A stretch of DNA of 64,000 nucleotides from an uncultured Desulfarculus sp. (GTDB taxonomy: Bacteria; Desulfobacterota; Desulfarculia; Desulfarculales; Desulfarculaceae). The notes under the pieces are model-generated. The model was not told where the DNA came from, ran no database searches, and saw nothing but the letters and a program-made list of their open reading frames with translations. Below, piece after piece: positions 46,898 through 56,255 of the stretch (position 1 is its first letter; each line of letters begins with the position of its first letter). Where the stretch lies: assembly GCA_963665125.2 (NCBI GenBank), contig CAXXUK010000002.1, positions 416,001 to 480,000 of the forward strand. The letters are read 5' to 3'. The position numbers were made by a program, and so were the translations under genes.

Positions 46898-47186
46898 CGC
46901 CGGTTGCTGTTTTTTCCGCAGGGCCTGTGGCTATTGCCTGAATAGGCATAGCCCTCCAAATGGAGAATACCCATTTGGTCCCTGTAGCCAAGATCAATCC
47001 CTGCCGTGGCGGTCCCGCATTCCCGCTCGGATAAAGCGCATAATTGAGGCCTTTGGGCGGCGCAACCCCCTGAACACGATTTTGTTGTTGCAATATTCTT
47101 TTTATCTAATATGATTAGCCGGAACTAATAATACATTAAAAGGTTAATAATAAATAACATTACCTGATGGCAGCCAAGGAGCGGAA

Positions 47187-47852
47187 ATGGCCAGTGTGCA
47201 CAGTGCCGCGGTAGGGAAAAACAACGACTGTAATTATACGATTGAAGCCGTATCTTCGGATATTCACCAGTTTGCCGAGTCGCTGGGAAATGCCATTGAC
47301 GCCAAGGACCATTTTACCCGGCAACACTCCGAGGAAGTCGCCGTGGTGGCTCATACCTTGGCTTTGGGTTTGGGCCTGCCCCCGTGCATGGCCGACCATA
47401 TCCATATAGCCGGGCATTTGCATGATATCGGTAAAATCGGCATCCCCGACGCCGTGCTTCAGAAACCGGGCAAATTGACGGATGACGAGTGGGAGTTGAT
47501 CCGGCGGCATCCCAAAATGGGCGCCGATATTATTCGGCCCGTTAATTTTCTGGCGGCCAGCGGGGTGGTGGAGATGGTCTATCATCACCACGAACGCTGG
47601 GACGGCAAGGGATATCCCCGCGGCCTTGGCGGCGACAGGATTCCCCTGGGCTCACGGATCATAGCTGTGGCCGACACCTTGTCGGCAATGTTGCAGGACC
47701 GCCCCTACCGCGAAAAATTGGGTTTCCGGCAAGCCGCCGCCGAAATAACCGCCAATGCCGGGCGGCAATTCGACCCGACCGTGGTCGAGGTGTTCGTACG
47801 CCGGATAAAGCAGATTCAACAACTCATCGCCGATCTGAAGGGCGGCCTCTAA
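47187..47852 (+). CDS. Stand-alone HD-GYP phosphodiesterase
   Basis: HSEEV, LHDIGK, HHERWDGKGYP, IAVAD; AAGGAG RBS. Confidence 0.93.
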   Translation: MASVHSAAVGKNNDCNYTIEAVSSDIHQFAESLGNAIDAKDHFTRQHSEEVAVVAHTLALGLGLPPCMADHIHIAGHLHDIGKIGIPDAVLQKPGKLTDDEWELIRRHPKMGADIIRPVNFLAASGVVEMVYHHHERWDGKGYPRGLGGDRIPLGSRIIAVADTLSAMLQDRPYREKLGFRQAAAEITANAGRQFDPTVVEVFVRRIKQIQQLIADLKGGL

Positions 47853-47870
47853 CGCGGGCCCTGTCCGGGC

Positions 47871-49007
47871 CTACTTCTTGCCCGGCTCCATCTCGACCCG
47901 CACCCCGGCCTTGGCCCAGGCCTTGGGCAGCTTTTCGGCCCCTTCCAGGGAGTTGATCATGATCCTTACCTTGCGGCCGTCCCGGAGGTGCAGCTCCCAG
48001 CCGACTTCAATATTGCCCTGGATGAGCAGGGCCTGGCCCATGGCTGTGGGGTTGCCCGCCCCGAAGAACATCAGACCCCAGACCAGCCAGCGGGGTGCAT
48101 GGCGTTCGTAGGGCTGGGCCTTTGCGATATCGGAATATTTGAAGTGTTCCACGCCTCTCAGGCTGGCCCTGGTAAAGTCCTTGGCCCCCACCTGGAGCCA
48201 TATCGAGGCATACCTGGCGGCAACGCCCAGCAGGGCCACCCCGCAGGCGGCCATGGGCCCCCAAAAAATCAGGGTCAGCACGGTCCAGCCGCCGTCAAAA
48301 TTGAAAACGCTCCAGATGTCGGAATTGTCGGGGATAATCAACAGCGGCAGGCCGAAAAACACTCCGGCGAACAAGAGGCCCAGGATGTCGGGCCCGATTT
48401 GGGAACTGAAACGGCCATAGGTGTAGGCGCCCTCGGGGTGTTTGCGGCGGGGTATGAACAAATAGCCCAACAACCCCAGCAACAGCGGCACCCAGGCATA
48501 GCCGCGGGTGGGATAGAGCAGCCACGAGGGGGCGTTGCTGGCCCAGCGGTACAGCTGGGAGCTCAGACCCATGAAATAACGCCTGCCGTCCATGGTCATG
48601 GTCAGGTAGGTGTAGCCGTCTCTGGGCATGCCAACCGAGGCCATGGGCTCATCGTCCGGGCCGAAATAGTAATATTTGGCGTAACCCCTGCCAATGGTGT
48701 ATAGGCGGTCCTGGAGCATCTCCGGCAGGGGGCCGTTCTGGGCCCGGAGCATGGCCTTCAGCAACTCCTGCCATTGGGGGCCGGAGACCTGCTTCAGACG
48801 CCCCTCGACCTTTTTGGCCATGTATTGGTCCAGGGGCATGTTGCGATCATCCTTCCAGCGCTCTTTTTGCTGGGCGGCCCGGAAATCAACCAAGCTCACA
48901 CTATAGACGTATTCCGCAGGCCATAAATAAAACCAGACGGCCATGAGCAGGCCGACCAGGACGGCCAGTCTACGCAACACCTCGGGATGGAGCATTATCT
49001 TGATCAT
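47871..49007 (-). CDS. Hypothetical membrane protein
   Basis: N-terminal TM, soluble domain, several C-terminal TM segments; start moved to MIKIML after the GAGAG RBS. Confidence 0.75.
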   Translation of the reverse strand: MIKIMLHPEVLRRLAVLVGLLMAVWFYLWPAEYVYSVSLVDFRAAQQKERWKDDRNMPLDQYMAKKVEGRLKQVSGPQWQELLKAMLRAQNGPLPEMLQDRLYTIGRGYAKYYYFGPDDEPMASVGMPRDGYTYLTMTMDGRRYFMGLSSQLYRWASNAPSWLLYPTRGYAWVPLLLGLLGYLFIPRRKHPEGAYTYGRFSSQIGPDILGLLFAGVFFGLPLLIIPDNSDIWSVFNFDGGWTVLTLIFWGPMAACGVALLGVAARYASIWLQVGAKDFTRASLRGVEHFKYSDIAKAQPYERHAPRWLVWGLMFFGAGNPTAMGQALLIQGNIEVGWELHLRDGRKVRIMINSLEGAEKLPKAWAKAGVRVEMEPGKK

Positions 49008-49273
49008 GGGGTCGCTCTCTTGGAGATGGTTCGATTCAATGCCGCGAGGCGGTGGGGGCTGCCTCGGCAACGGCCGGGCCTTGGCTGGCTCCGGGGTTTT
49101 GGAGGGGCCTCTCCCAAGCAATAGAGCATAGCACATGGACGCCGCCGAACGAACATCTTGCATGGTTTCGCTTTGCGGGACGGCACGATAAAAAGGCCAC
49201 GGCCAGGGTGATTGCACTTGTCATACGGGCAAAGCAAGTTCAATCTGCTTTGTATTTTTCAAGAGTGGCCGAA

Positions 49274-49714
49274 ATGAAGAAATATGCGATCAAGGCGTTT
49301 TTATTGTTCATGGGGTTGATCCTGGCCTCCTATGCCGTCGTGGCGCCAATGCTGGGTTTTTTCGGCGCCAAGGCCACGGCCCATATTACCGATATCCGCC
49401 GCTGTCGTGGCGAGCGCAACGAAGCCGTTCGCAACCGCTATGATTATGGGGTCGGGTTCTATTTCAAGCTTCCCAATGGGGAAAGGGTCGAAGGCGGAAC
49501 CACGGTGGTGGGCAGTTCCTACAGCGCGGGCATCGCCAAGGGCCCGGCCACGGTCTATTATTTCCCTGCCTGGCCCAGGATACACGTCCTGGAGCGGGAG
49601 GCCGGGTTGACTTGGGATAAACCGATTCTGTTGGCGGTGGGCATCGCCCTTGTCGTCATCGCCCTGAAAAAAGAAAAACCGCGGCCAAGTAAAAAGCAGC
49701 GGGCCGTTACGTGA
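49274..49714 (+). CDS. Small two-TM membrane protein (DUF3592-like topology)
   Basis: TM - beta-rich domain (ATAHIT..Y.F..PNG..G..TVYY.P..P) - TM. Confidence 0.6.
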   Translation: MKKYAIKAFLLFMGLILASYAVVAPMLGFFGAKATAHITDIRRCRGERNEAVRNRYDYGVGFYFKLPNGERVEGGTTVVGSSYSAGIAKGPATVYYFPAWPRIHVLEREAGLTWDKPILLAVGIALVVIALKKEKPRPSKKQRAVT

Positions 49715-50570
49715 CAGCGTCGTCCATCAAATCGGGGTAGAGTTTTTGAAGGCAATCCGGGCAGATGCTGTGGGTCATTTCCGCTCCGGTATGCTCGGCC
49801 AGATACCTTTCCACCTGCTGCCAATAGCCCTGGTCATCACGTATTTTTTTGCAGTTGGCGCAGATTGGCAGAAAGCCCTTGAGATCGACTATCTCCTGTT
49901 TCGCGGAGATCAGGTCGTTTTCAAGGCGCGTGGAATTGATGCTTATCAGCCCGGCCATGATGATGGTGTTGAGCGCGATATAGGCAATGATGGATACCGC
50001 ATATGGCGCGCCGGCGTTCATCAGGTTGCTCAAGTTTGTTTTCCAGAACAACGCGGTGACGCCGCCGCAGACCGACAGCAGACAGATTCCCAGAAAAGAC
50101 CCGGCCAGCAGGCAATTGCAGTGGCCCAGCACCTTGGCCACGGGTCTGTGGGCCAGCAATGTGGCCCTCAGGTAAAATACCGAAAGCCAAAGCCCTAAAA
50201 AGCCGGTACGGATATGAACATTGTATTGCTGGAACGTGAAATAGGATTGCAGAGAGAGCAGGCTGACCACCGCGGCAATGTCGAACCAGATATAGGTCCG
50301 CGCTCCGCTGAATATGGCCAGGCCCCGGCAAAGAAAAATCGCAGCCAAAATAAGGAATCCGTTGACCGCGAGAATCGACAAGGCTTCGGGTGCCCAACTG
50401 CGCGCGCTTATGGCCACCAAGCCCACGAAATTGGCGATGAACGCCGCACACCAGTATCCGAAACCGGGGTATGTCCTTCGCCGCAGGGCCACGTGCAGCA
50501 TACAGATGAACATGGCCAGGGCCGTGGTTCCGGTGACGAAGCTCAGGGTTCTTACGTCAAGAATCTGCAT
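49707..50570 (-). CDS. Multi-TM sensor-like protein with C-terminal four-Cys domain
   Basis: About seven TM segments (LDVRTL..GFGYW), short coiled coil, then LPICANCKKIRDDQGYW..THSICPDC. Confidence 0.8.
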   Translation of the reverse strand: MQILDVRTLSFVTGTTALAMFICMLHVALRRRTYPGFGYWCAAFIANFVGLVAISARSWAPEALSILAVNGFLILAAIFLCRGLAIFSGARTYIWFDIAAVVSLLSLQSYFTFQQYNVHIRTGFLGLWLSVFYLRATLLAHRPVAKVLGHCNCLLAGSFLGICLLSVCGGVTALFWKTNLSNLMNAGAPYAVSIIAYIALNTIIMAGLISINSTRLENDLISAKQEIVDLKGFLPICANCKKIRDDQGYWQQVERYLAEHTGAEMTHSICPDCLQKLYPDLMDDAVT

Positions 50571-50775
50571 AATTTATTCCAGCGGAATTATTAATCGCCG
50601 CAATATAATTTAGTATCATCCAAGTGTGTTCCCCAAGACAACAAGAACGCCTTGGCATGCCTAAAATAACTACATGTTATAGGTTTTTGTTGATCCGGCG
50701 GCGCCAAGACAGCGCGACGGGGACAAGGTTGATCTTTCCGATTGTTTTAAGGGTCGTGGAGAAAGGAAGCAAAGG

Positions 50776-51276
50776 ATGGGGCGGAAAGAAATCAACATCC
50801 GCCGGGCCGGAGAAGGCGAGGCCCCGGTTTTGGCGGGCATCATCAGGCGGGCCTTCGCGGGCGTTGCCCAACGTTTCGGCTTGACGCCCGAAAACTGCCC
50901 CAAACATCCTTCCAACTGCACCGATGAGTGGATCGTCAATGACCGGCAAAGGGGAACTGTTTATTATCTGCTGGAGATCGACGGCGCCTCCGTTGGTTGC
51001 GTCGGCCTGGAAACGGTCCGTGAAGGCATGTGCTATTTGGAGCGCCTGGCCGTCTTGCCCGCCTTTCGGCGCAGGGGTCTGGGCCGCGGGCTGGTGGAGC
51101 ATGTCTTTGACCGGGCCGGAGAAATGGACGCCGGGTGCATCGGCATTGGCATCATCGCCGCCCAGGACGAGTTGAAGTCATGGTACCGGGACCTGGGTTT
51201 CATTGAAAAAGACACCAGGCATTTCGATCACCTGCCCTTTGACGTCACCTTCATGGAATACGCCCTGAACCGCTGA
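50776..51276 (+). CDS. GNAT family N-acetyltransferase
   Basis: LAVLPAFRRRGLG acetyl-CoA-binding motif; WYRDLGF. Confidence 0.92.
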   Translation: MGRKEINIRRAGEGEAPVLAGIIRRAFAGVAQRFGLTPENCPKHPSNCTDEWIVNDRQRGTVYYLLEIDGASVGCVGLETVREGMCYLERLAVLPAFRRRGLGRGLVEHVFDRAGEMDAGCIGIGIIAAQDELKSWYRDLGFIEKDTRHFDHLPFDVTFMEYALNR

Positions 51277-51333
51277 AAGCTGCTTTGAGGGTTCTCCAAC
51301 CGCCCCAAACAGGGCGGCCGGAGAACCATGCGA

Positions 51334-53253
51334 CTATTTGTCCTTGTTGTCTTCCTGCACCGGCACGCGGTCGCCGGTGCGGCTCAGTTCCATGGCCCCC
51401 CAGCCACCGGTGATGAGCCTGGGCTGATGGAAGGTGCAGACCTTGTAGTAATAGCCCTGGCCGTCTTTGGCCATTACGGCAGCGGCCATATGGCGCGACT
51501 TTACCGCGCTGTTGCCGCCCCTGACCCGGTCGATCCACCAGTCCTTGTCAATGATGTTGAGCCGGTAGATCTCCGGCCAGCCGGCGTCCTCGGCCAACTT
51601 GCGCATCTGGGCCTCCAGGCCCTTGTTGGTCATGCGCGCCGGAGGAAGGACCACCGAGTCGGCCGCTGCCTGGGATGCCTGCTCGGCCATGTCCTGGTAT
51701 GCCGCGAAGTCCGAACCTTGAATATCGAAGCCGCCCTGGGCATAGGTCTTGCCGTAGTAGGCAATGACGAAATCAACGGTGTGCTTGCCGGGCGCCAGCT
51801 TGCCCAGCTTGTCGAGCATCTCCATGGGGCCCTGACGCAGGGTGGCCGTGGTCTTGCCGTAAACAATGTCGGGGTCGGAATAGGCGGTTATCTGCTTGGG
51901 CGCGATCTCGAAGACCAGGTATTTGCGTTCCAGATACTGGGGGTTTTTGATCTCCACGAACTGGGCGTGGATGTTCTTGCCGTCAATCTTCACGTCAATG
52001 CGGACCGCGGCCTTGTTTTTATCGCCGTATATTTCGCTCAAGGGCTTGGTCAGCCGCGCCAGGGCGTAGATGTGGTCCCCGGCCTGGAAGCTGGTGGTCT
52101 GCCCGCCGGGGCCGGCCGGGTCGATGGGCTCCTTGGCGAAGACGAAGCCGCCCATGTCGGCCTGGGCCTCGGCCCTGTTCTTGGCGTAGATCGCGTGGTT
52201 GCTGTCGTAATTGGCCAGGTAGCGGCTCAGTTGCTTTTCCAGGCTCTGTAGCTCCATGGACTTGCCGCCGCTGAAATCGGTTTGCTGATATTGCCGCCAG
52301 AGCGGGGCTAACTCGGCGTGGATGGCTTCCCACCCCGCCCAGAGGTTGGCGTCGTCGGTGGCATAGGTGGCCAGGAGCTTGCCGCTGTAGGATTCCGTAA
52401 AGGGCTTGAGTTTTTCCACCCACTGTCCGTTCAGGGCCTCGGCATCCTTGGCGCCGGCCGCGGCCGCGTCCTTCCGGGTCTGATCGCCGGCCACCTGTTG
52501 CTCAAGGGCCTGCACCTTTTGCTTGGCCTGCTCCAGGTTTTGCCTGGCCTGCACCACCTCGGCATGGCCCATGGCCTGGGGATAGCCGGATGCTATCTGG
52601 TCCAAGTATCCCTGGGCATATTCCAGATGCATGGCCGCCTGCTTTGCCCGCCAGTCGGCGGAGAGATTTTTGGCCAGCACTTGGTCGACGTTTGCCAGCT
52701 CCTTGTCCAACTTGTCCAAGCGGTACTTGGCCCCGCTGGGCAATGCGGCTTGGCCGCTATCAGACGGCGGGGATGCTTGCAATTCAGGAGTCGCCGCGGT
52801 TTGTCCCGCGAGAGCTTCTTGGATTTGCTGGTCAACCTGGGCCAGCCTCCGGTCCGTTGCCACTACTTCCGGGTTTTTGGGCGAGAATTTACCCGCATAG
52901 CGTTTGTCAATCTCTTGGCGGTACGAATTGGCCCGCTTGAGATAGCTCTGTGCCCGTTTGGCCCGGTCCTGAGGGGTGCCCACACCCTTGCTTAGGGCCT
53001 TCTCTGCTTTGTCCAACTCTTTGTTGGCGCTTTTCAAGCGGCTGCTAACGCCACCAGGCAGTGCGTCGTCGTCAGCGGAGGTCAGGTGCTTGCTGGCCGT
53101 GTCAACGCTGCTTTTTACTTGATTTGCGGTGTTCACTGCGCTTTTGACATCATCAAGAAAACCTGCATGCGCGGCGGGAACGCAAAGGGCGGCGATGATC
53201 AACATGAATATGCCCAGAGTTGATTTGGGCAGGAACGGCGAACAGTGATACAT
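51334..53253 (-). CDS. Secreted hypothetical protein with duplicated helical domain
   Basis: GAGGAG RBS, signal peptide ending AHA, two ~85-aa helical repeats, beta-rich C-terminus. Confidence 0.8.
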   Translation of the reverse strand: MYHCSPFLPKSTLGIFMLIIAALCVPAAHAGFLDDVKSAVNTANQVKSSVDTASKHLTSADDDALPGGVSSRLKSANKELDKAEKALSKGVGTPQDRAKRAQSYLKRANSYRQEIDKRYAGKFSPKNPEVVATDRRLAQVDQQIQEALAGQTAATPELQASPPSDSGQAALPSGAKYRLDKLDKELANVDQVLAKNLSADWRAKQAAMHLEYAQGYLDQIASGYPQAMGHAEVVQARQNLEQAKQKVQALEQQVAGDQTRKDAAAAGAKDAEALNGQWVEKLKPFTESYSGKLLATYATDDANLWAGWEAIHAELAPLWRQYQQTDFSGGKSMELQSLEKQLSRYLANYDSNHAIYAKNRAEAQADMGGFVFAKEPIDPAGPGGQTTSFQAGDHIYALARLTKPLSEIYGDKNKAAVRIDVKIDGKNIHAQFVEIKNPQYLERKYLVFEIAPKQITAYSDPDIVYGKTTATLRQGPMEMLDKLGKLAPGKHTVDFVIAYYGKTYAQGGFDIQGSDFAAYQDMAEQASQAAADSVVLPPARMTNKGLEAQMRKLAEDAGWPEIYRLNIIDKDWWIDRVRGGNSAVKSRHMAAAVMAKDGQGYYYKVCTFHQPRLITGGWGAMELSRTGDRVPVQEDNKDK

Positions 53254-53504
53254 GGGCTGTCTCCTCAACGTTTCATTGTGGGTAGGCAGGCATTGGGGCC
53301 AACATAGCACAGCATTGATGGTAGTGTTCAATTAAAAGCATAATATAGGTAGGAATATTACATATGCTGCGAGTCACATGGTCTGTTGCCATTGGGCCGT
53401 GTGTTGGACCGGCAAAAAGAAGGCGCGTTGCCCGGCCACAGCTACGGATATGGAATTGAATTTTCAAGCCCTGACCAGACAGGCTAGTGCCATTTGCCCA
53501 ACGC

Positions 53505-54384
53505 CTAGATGGACGATGAAACCATGTCCACCGTATCCACCGTGTCCATACTGGTTAGTTTCCGCACCTCCCGCTCAGCGGCCACGGGGTCGTGGTTGGC
53601 CTGGTCCATGGCCTTGGACAACTTGTTGTAAAAGTCGTGTTTTTGTTGCAACTCGGCCCGCTGCTGCGGCGTTTTGGCGCTGTTGATCCGGTGCTCCAAC
53701 AGGGGCAGGACCTTGCTCTTGATGTCCTTGCTGGTGCCCCGATGGATCTCCCAATTTTGGTTGTCGGTGAACGCCCCGCCATGGCGGCGCATCTCATGGG
53801 CCTTGACCAGGGTCACCCGGCCGGCGTCCTCGGCGTATCTGGGGTCCAGGCGGCTGCGCGGGTCCATGCCGGCCTGGTGCATCCGCTGCACGTGCAGCCA
53901 GTTGGTGTCGGGATAGGCCTCCAGGTGCTTGCTGGTGGTTACGTTCTGACAGGCGTCAACGGCCCTGCGTCCGCCGGAGTTGCGGGCGTAGACCACATTG
54001 AAACGGTCCTGGACCATGGCGTTGGCCGTGTACAGGTCCAGGCACTCAACTTGGCCGGTCTTGGGATTGCGCCAACGGACCACGTTGCCCGTGGCGGAGT
54101 TCATGGCCAGGTCCAGGTCCATGCCCGGCGATGTGTTGCCCGCGTTGCGGATGGGTTTGAAACTAAGTTCGTTGGTGTCGAAACCCTGGCGGGCCAGATC
54201 CTGTTTCATTTCCCGGACGATCTTGTTGGTGTGCCTGCGGTCCCAGGTATTGTAGGCCGCCTTTTCCTGGGCGGTGGCGTTGAACTTCAGATAGCCCTTG
54301 GCATGGGGCGCGTTCTTGATGGCCGCCGTCTGGTCCATGATCCGCTTTTCCAGCAGGCGCAGCTGCTGACGGCCCTGGCCCGAC
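53505..54384 (-). pseudogene. 3' remnant of a gene truncated by the IS3 element
   Basis: Open frame of about 290 codons with host-like codon usage that begins at the IS left end; the ORF-track start lies inside the IS inverted repeat. Confidence 0.7.
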
Positions 54385-54447
54385 TGATCCAGCCCAGTTT
54401 TGACGGACACGCGTTTAAGCGAGTAAATTGCTTAACGGAGGTGTTCT

Positions 54448-54747
54448 ATGCCATCACAGAAGAGCCAGAAAAAATCCACCAGGCGGCGCTATTCGCCGGA
54501 ATTCAAGATTGAGGCGCTGGGCTTGGCCGAGCAAGTGGGCGTGACTGGTGCTGCCAAGCAGCTTGGCCTGCATGAGTCCCAGGTTTATGCTTGGCGCAAG
54601 AAAGCCCGATATGAGGCAAGCCGCAGTGAGACCGAGAAGGAACTGGCGGTGGAAAACGCCCGGCTGAAGCGGCAGCTTGCCAAGCAGGCCGAGGAGATTG
54701 AAATCTTAAAAAAGGCAAGCGCGTACTTCGCGAAAAGCCTGAAGTGA
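54448..54747 (+). CDS. IS3 transposase OrfA
   Basis: YSPEFKIEA HTH, ENARLKRQL leucine zipper, ILKKASAYFAK; AAAAAAG slippery site at 54708-54714. Confidence 0.92.
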   Translation: MPSQKSQKKSTRRRYSPEFKIEALGLAEQVGVTGAAKQLGLHESQVYAWRKKARYEASRSETEKELAVENARLKRQLAKQAEEIEILKKASAYFAKSLK

Positions 54748-55609
54748 AGTACGCGTTCATGCAGCAAAACGCAGGCACATACAGCATCACGGCGCAATCC
54801 GAGGCCTTTGGCGTATCGCGTGGCGGGTATTATGGCTGGCGGCGCAGGTTGCAAAATCCCAGCCAAAGGCAGGTGGAGCGTGAGAGGCTCGATCACCTGG
54901 TGAAAGAAGCCTTTGAAGTTCGCAAGGGCCGTAGCGGAGCAGTTGGGCTGACTCTCGATCTTGATGAGCAGGGCTGCAAATACAACCGCAAAACAGTGGC
55001 CAAAAGCATGAATAGGCAGGGCCTTGTAGCTAAAGCGGGCAGGAAGTTCAAGGCCACCACGGATTCGGATCACGGTAGGCCGGTGGCTCCAAATCTGTTG
55101 GCCCAGGACTTTAGCGCAACCGCTCCAAATCAGAAGTGGGTCTGCGACATCACCTACCTTTGGACCGGCGAGGGCTGGTTGTATCTGGCAGTGGTGCTCG
55201 ACCTGTTTTCGCGCATGGTGGTGGGCTGGGCCATGGATAAGCGTATGAAAGAAGACCTGGTCTGTGACGCATTGCAGATGGCCTTGTGGCGGCGGCATAT
55301 GCCCAAAGGTGTGATGGTCCATTCGGATCGTGGCGCCAGTACTGCTCCCGGAAATACCAGGCCCTCTTGGCCAAACGTGAACTGGTTTGCAGCATGAGCG
55401 GTAAGGGCAACTGTTATGACAACGCCGTGGCCGAAAGCTTCTTCCATACCCTCAAGGTGGAGTTGGTTCATGGCGAAAGCTTCGCCACTCGACAGGACTT
55501 ACGCCGGGCCGTATTCGAGTATATCGAGGTTGACTACAACCGTAACAGGAGGCACAGTGCCAATGGCTACATCAGCCCGCTGGCCTTTGAAAACCAAATT
55601 GTCGCTTAA
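54744..55609 (+). pseudogene. IS3 transposase OrfB (DDE), frameshifted
   Basis: WVCDITY, LDLFSR, HSDRG, then a 1-nt deletion near 55334/55335 (GGC GC CAG TAC); [23 protein letters not shown] continues in another frame. Confidence 0.88.
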
Positions 55610-56255
55610 CCAACTGTCCGTTGTTGATGGGCTGGATCAGTTTGGGTCCAGATCTGTTTGGCTCATTGCCGGACCACACAGTAACACCACAACGGCCAGT
55701 GCCGTGACGATCTGGCGTTTAATGCTTATCCCTTAATGGTGTGGAGCCTCGGTCGCTTTCCATTGTTCATTATCTATACATAGCACAATGTACATCCGGA
55801 TCGAACCAATAGGATTACGCCACGGTTGAGCGCCTGCGGACCGTCCCGGATAAGTCTCGTTAATTATCTTATTTAATTAATATAATAATGATAAGCCATC
55901 GGACTGATACTGCCGGTGGAACACCGGTGCGCTAGGTGTAGGCGGACCGTGGCCATTCTTCTGAGGAGACAACAAAGCTTAATGTCCTAACAAGTAATCT
56001 AGGCATGTTATGCGACTATTATTTTTGCTAATAAAATAAAATGAACGAATGTTAAAGAGCGGCATTCAATATAATTACTTATAAAAAGCAATAAAAATAG
56101 ATATGCAAGTAAAGAAAATCAGAAAAAATTGCAATAGCAGTATTATTTTATGATGAATTTCGTTCATTGCTTTTGCTATGATCATCAATATTCGTAAACA
56201 GCGTTTACGGGGAAAATCGCCAACGGTGTGTAACCAACAAAAAAATGGAGCAAAA

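Larger units (their letters stand above)
54385..55639 (+). mobile_element. IS3-family insertion sequence (1255 bp)
   Basis: TG...CA ends; IRL TGATCCAGCCCAGTTTTGACGGACAC and IRR (reverse complement) TGATCCAGCCCATCAACAACGGACAG; orfA/orfB layout; no flanking direct repeat. Confidence 0.93.

Noticed and set aside
46898..47186. c-di-GMP or other riboswitch between the GGDEF and HD-GYP genes
   Set aside because: Small hairpins are present but I could not match a GEMM or other consensus.
55330..55340. Programmed frameshift within IS3 orfB
   Set aside because: No slippery sequence here; the programmed site is at the orfA/orfB junction, so this is a mutation or a sequencing error.
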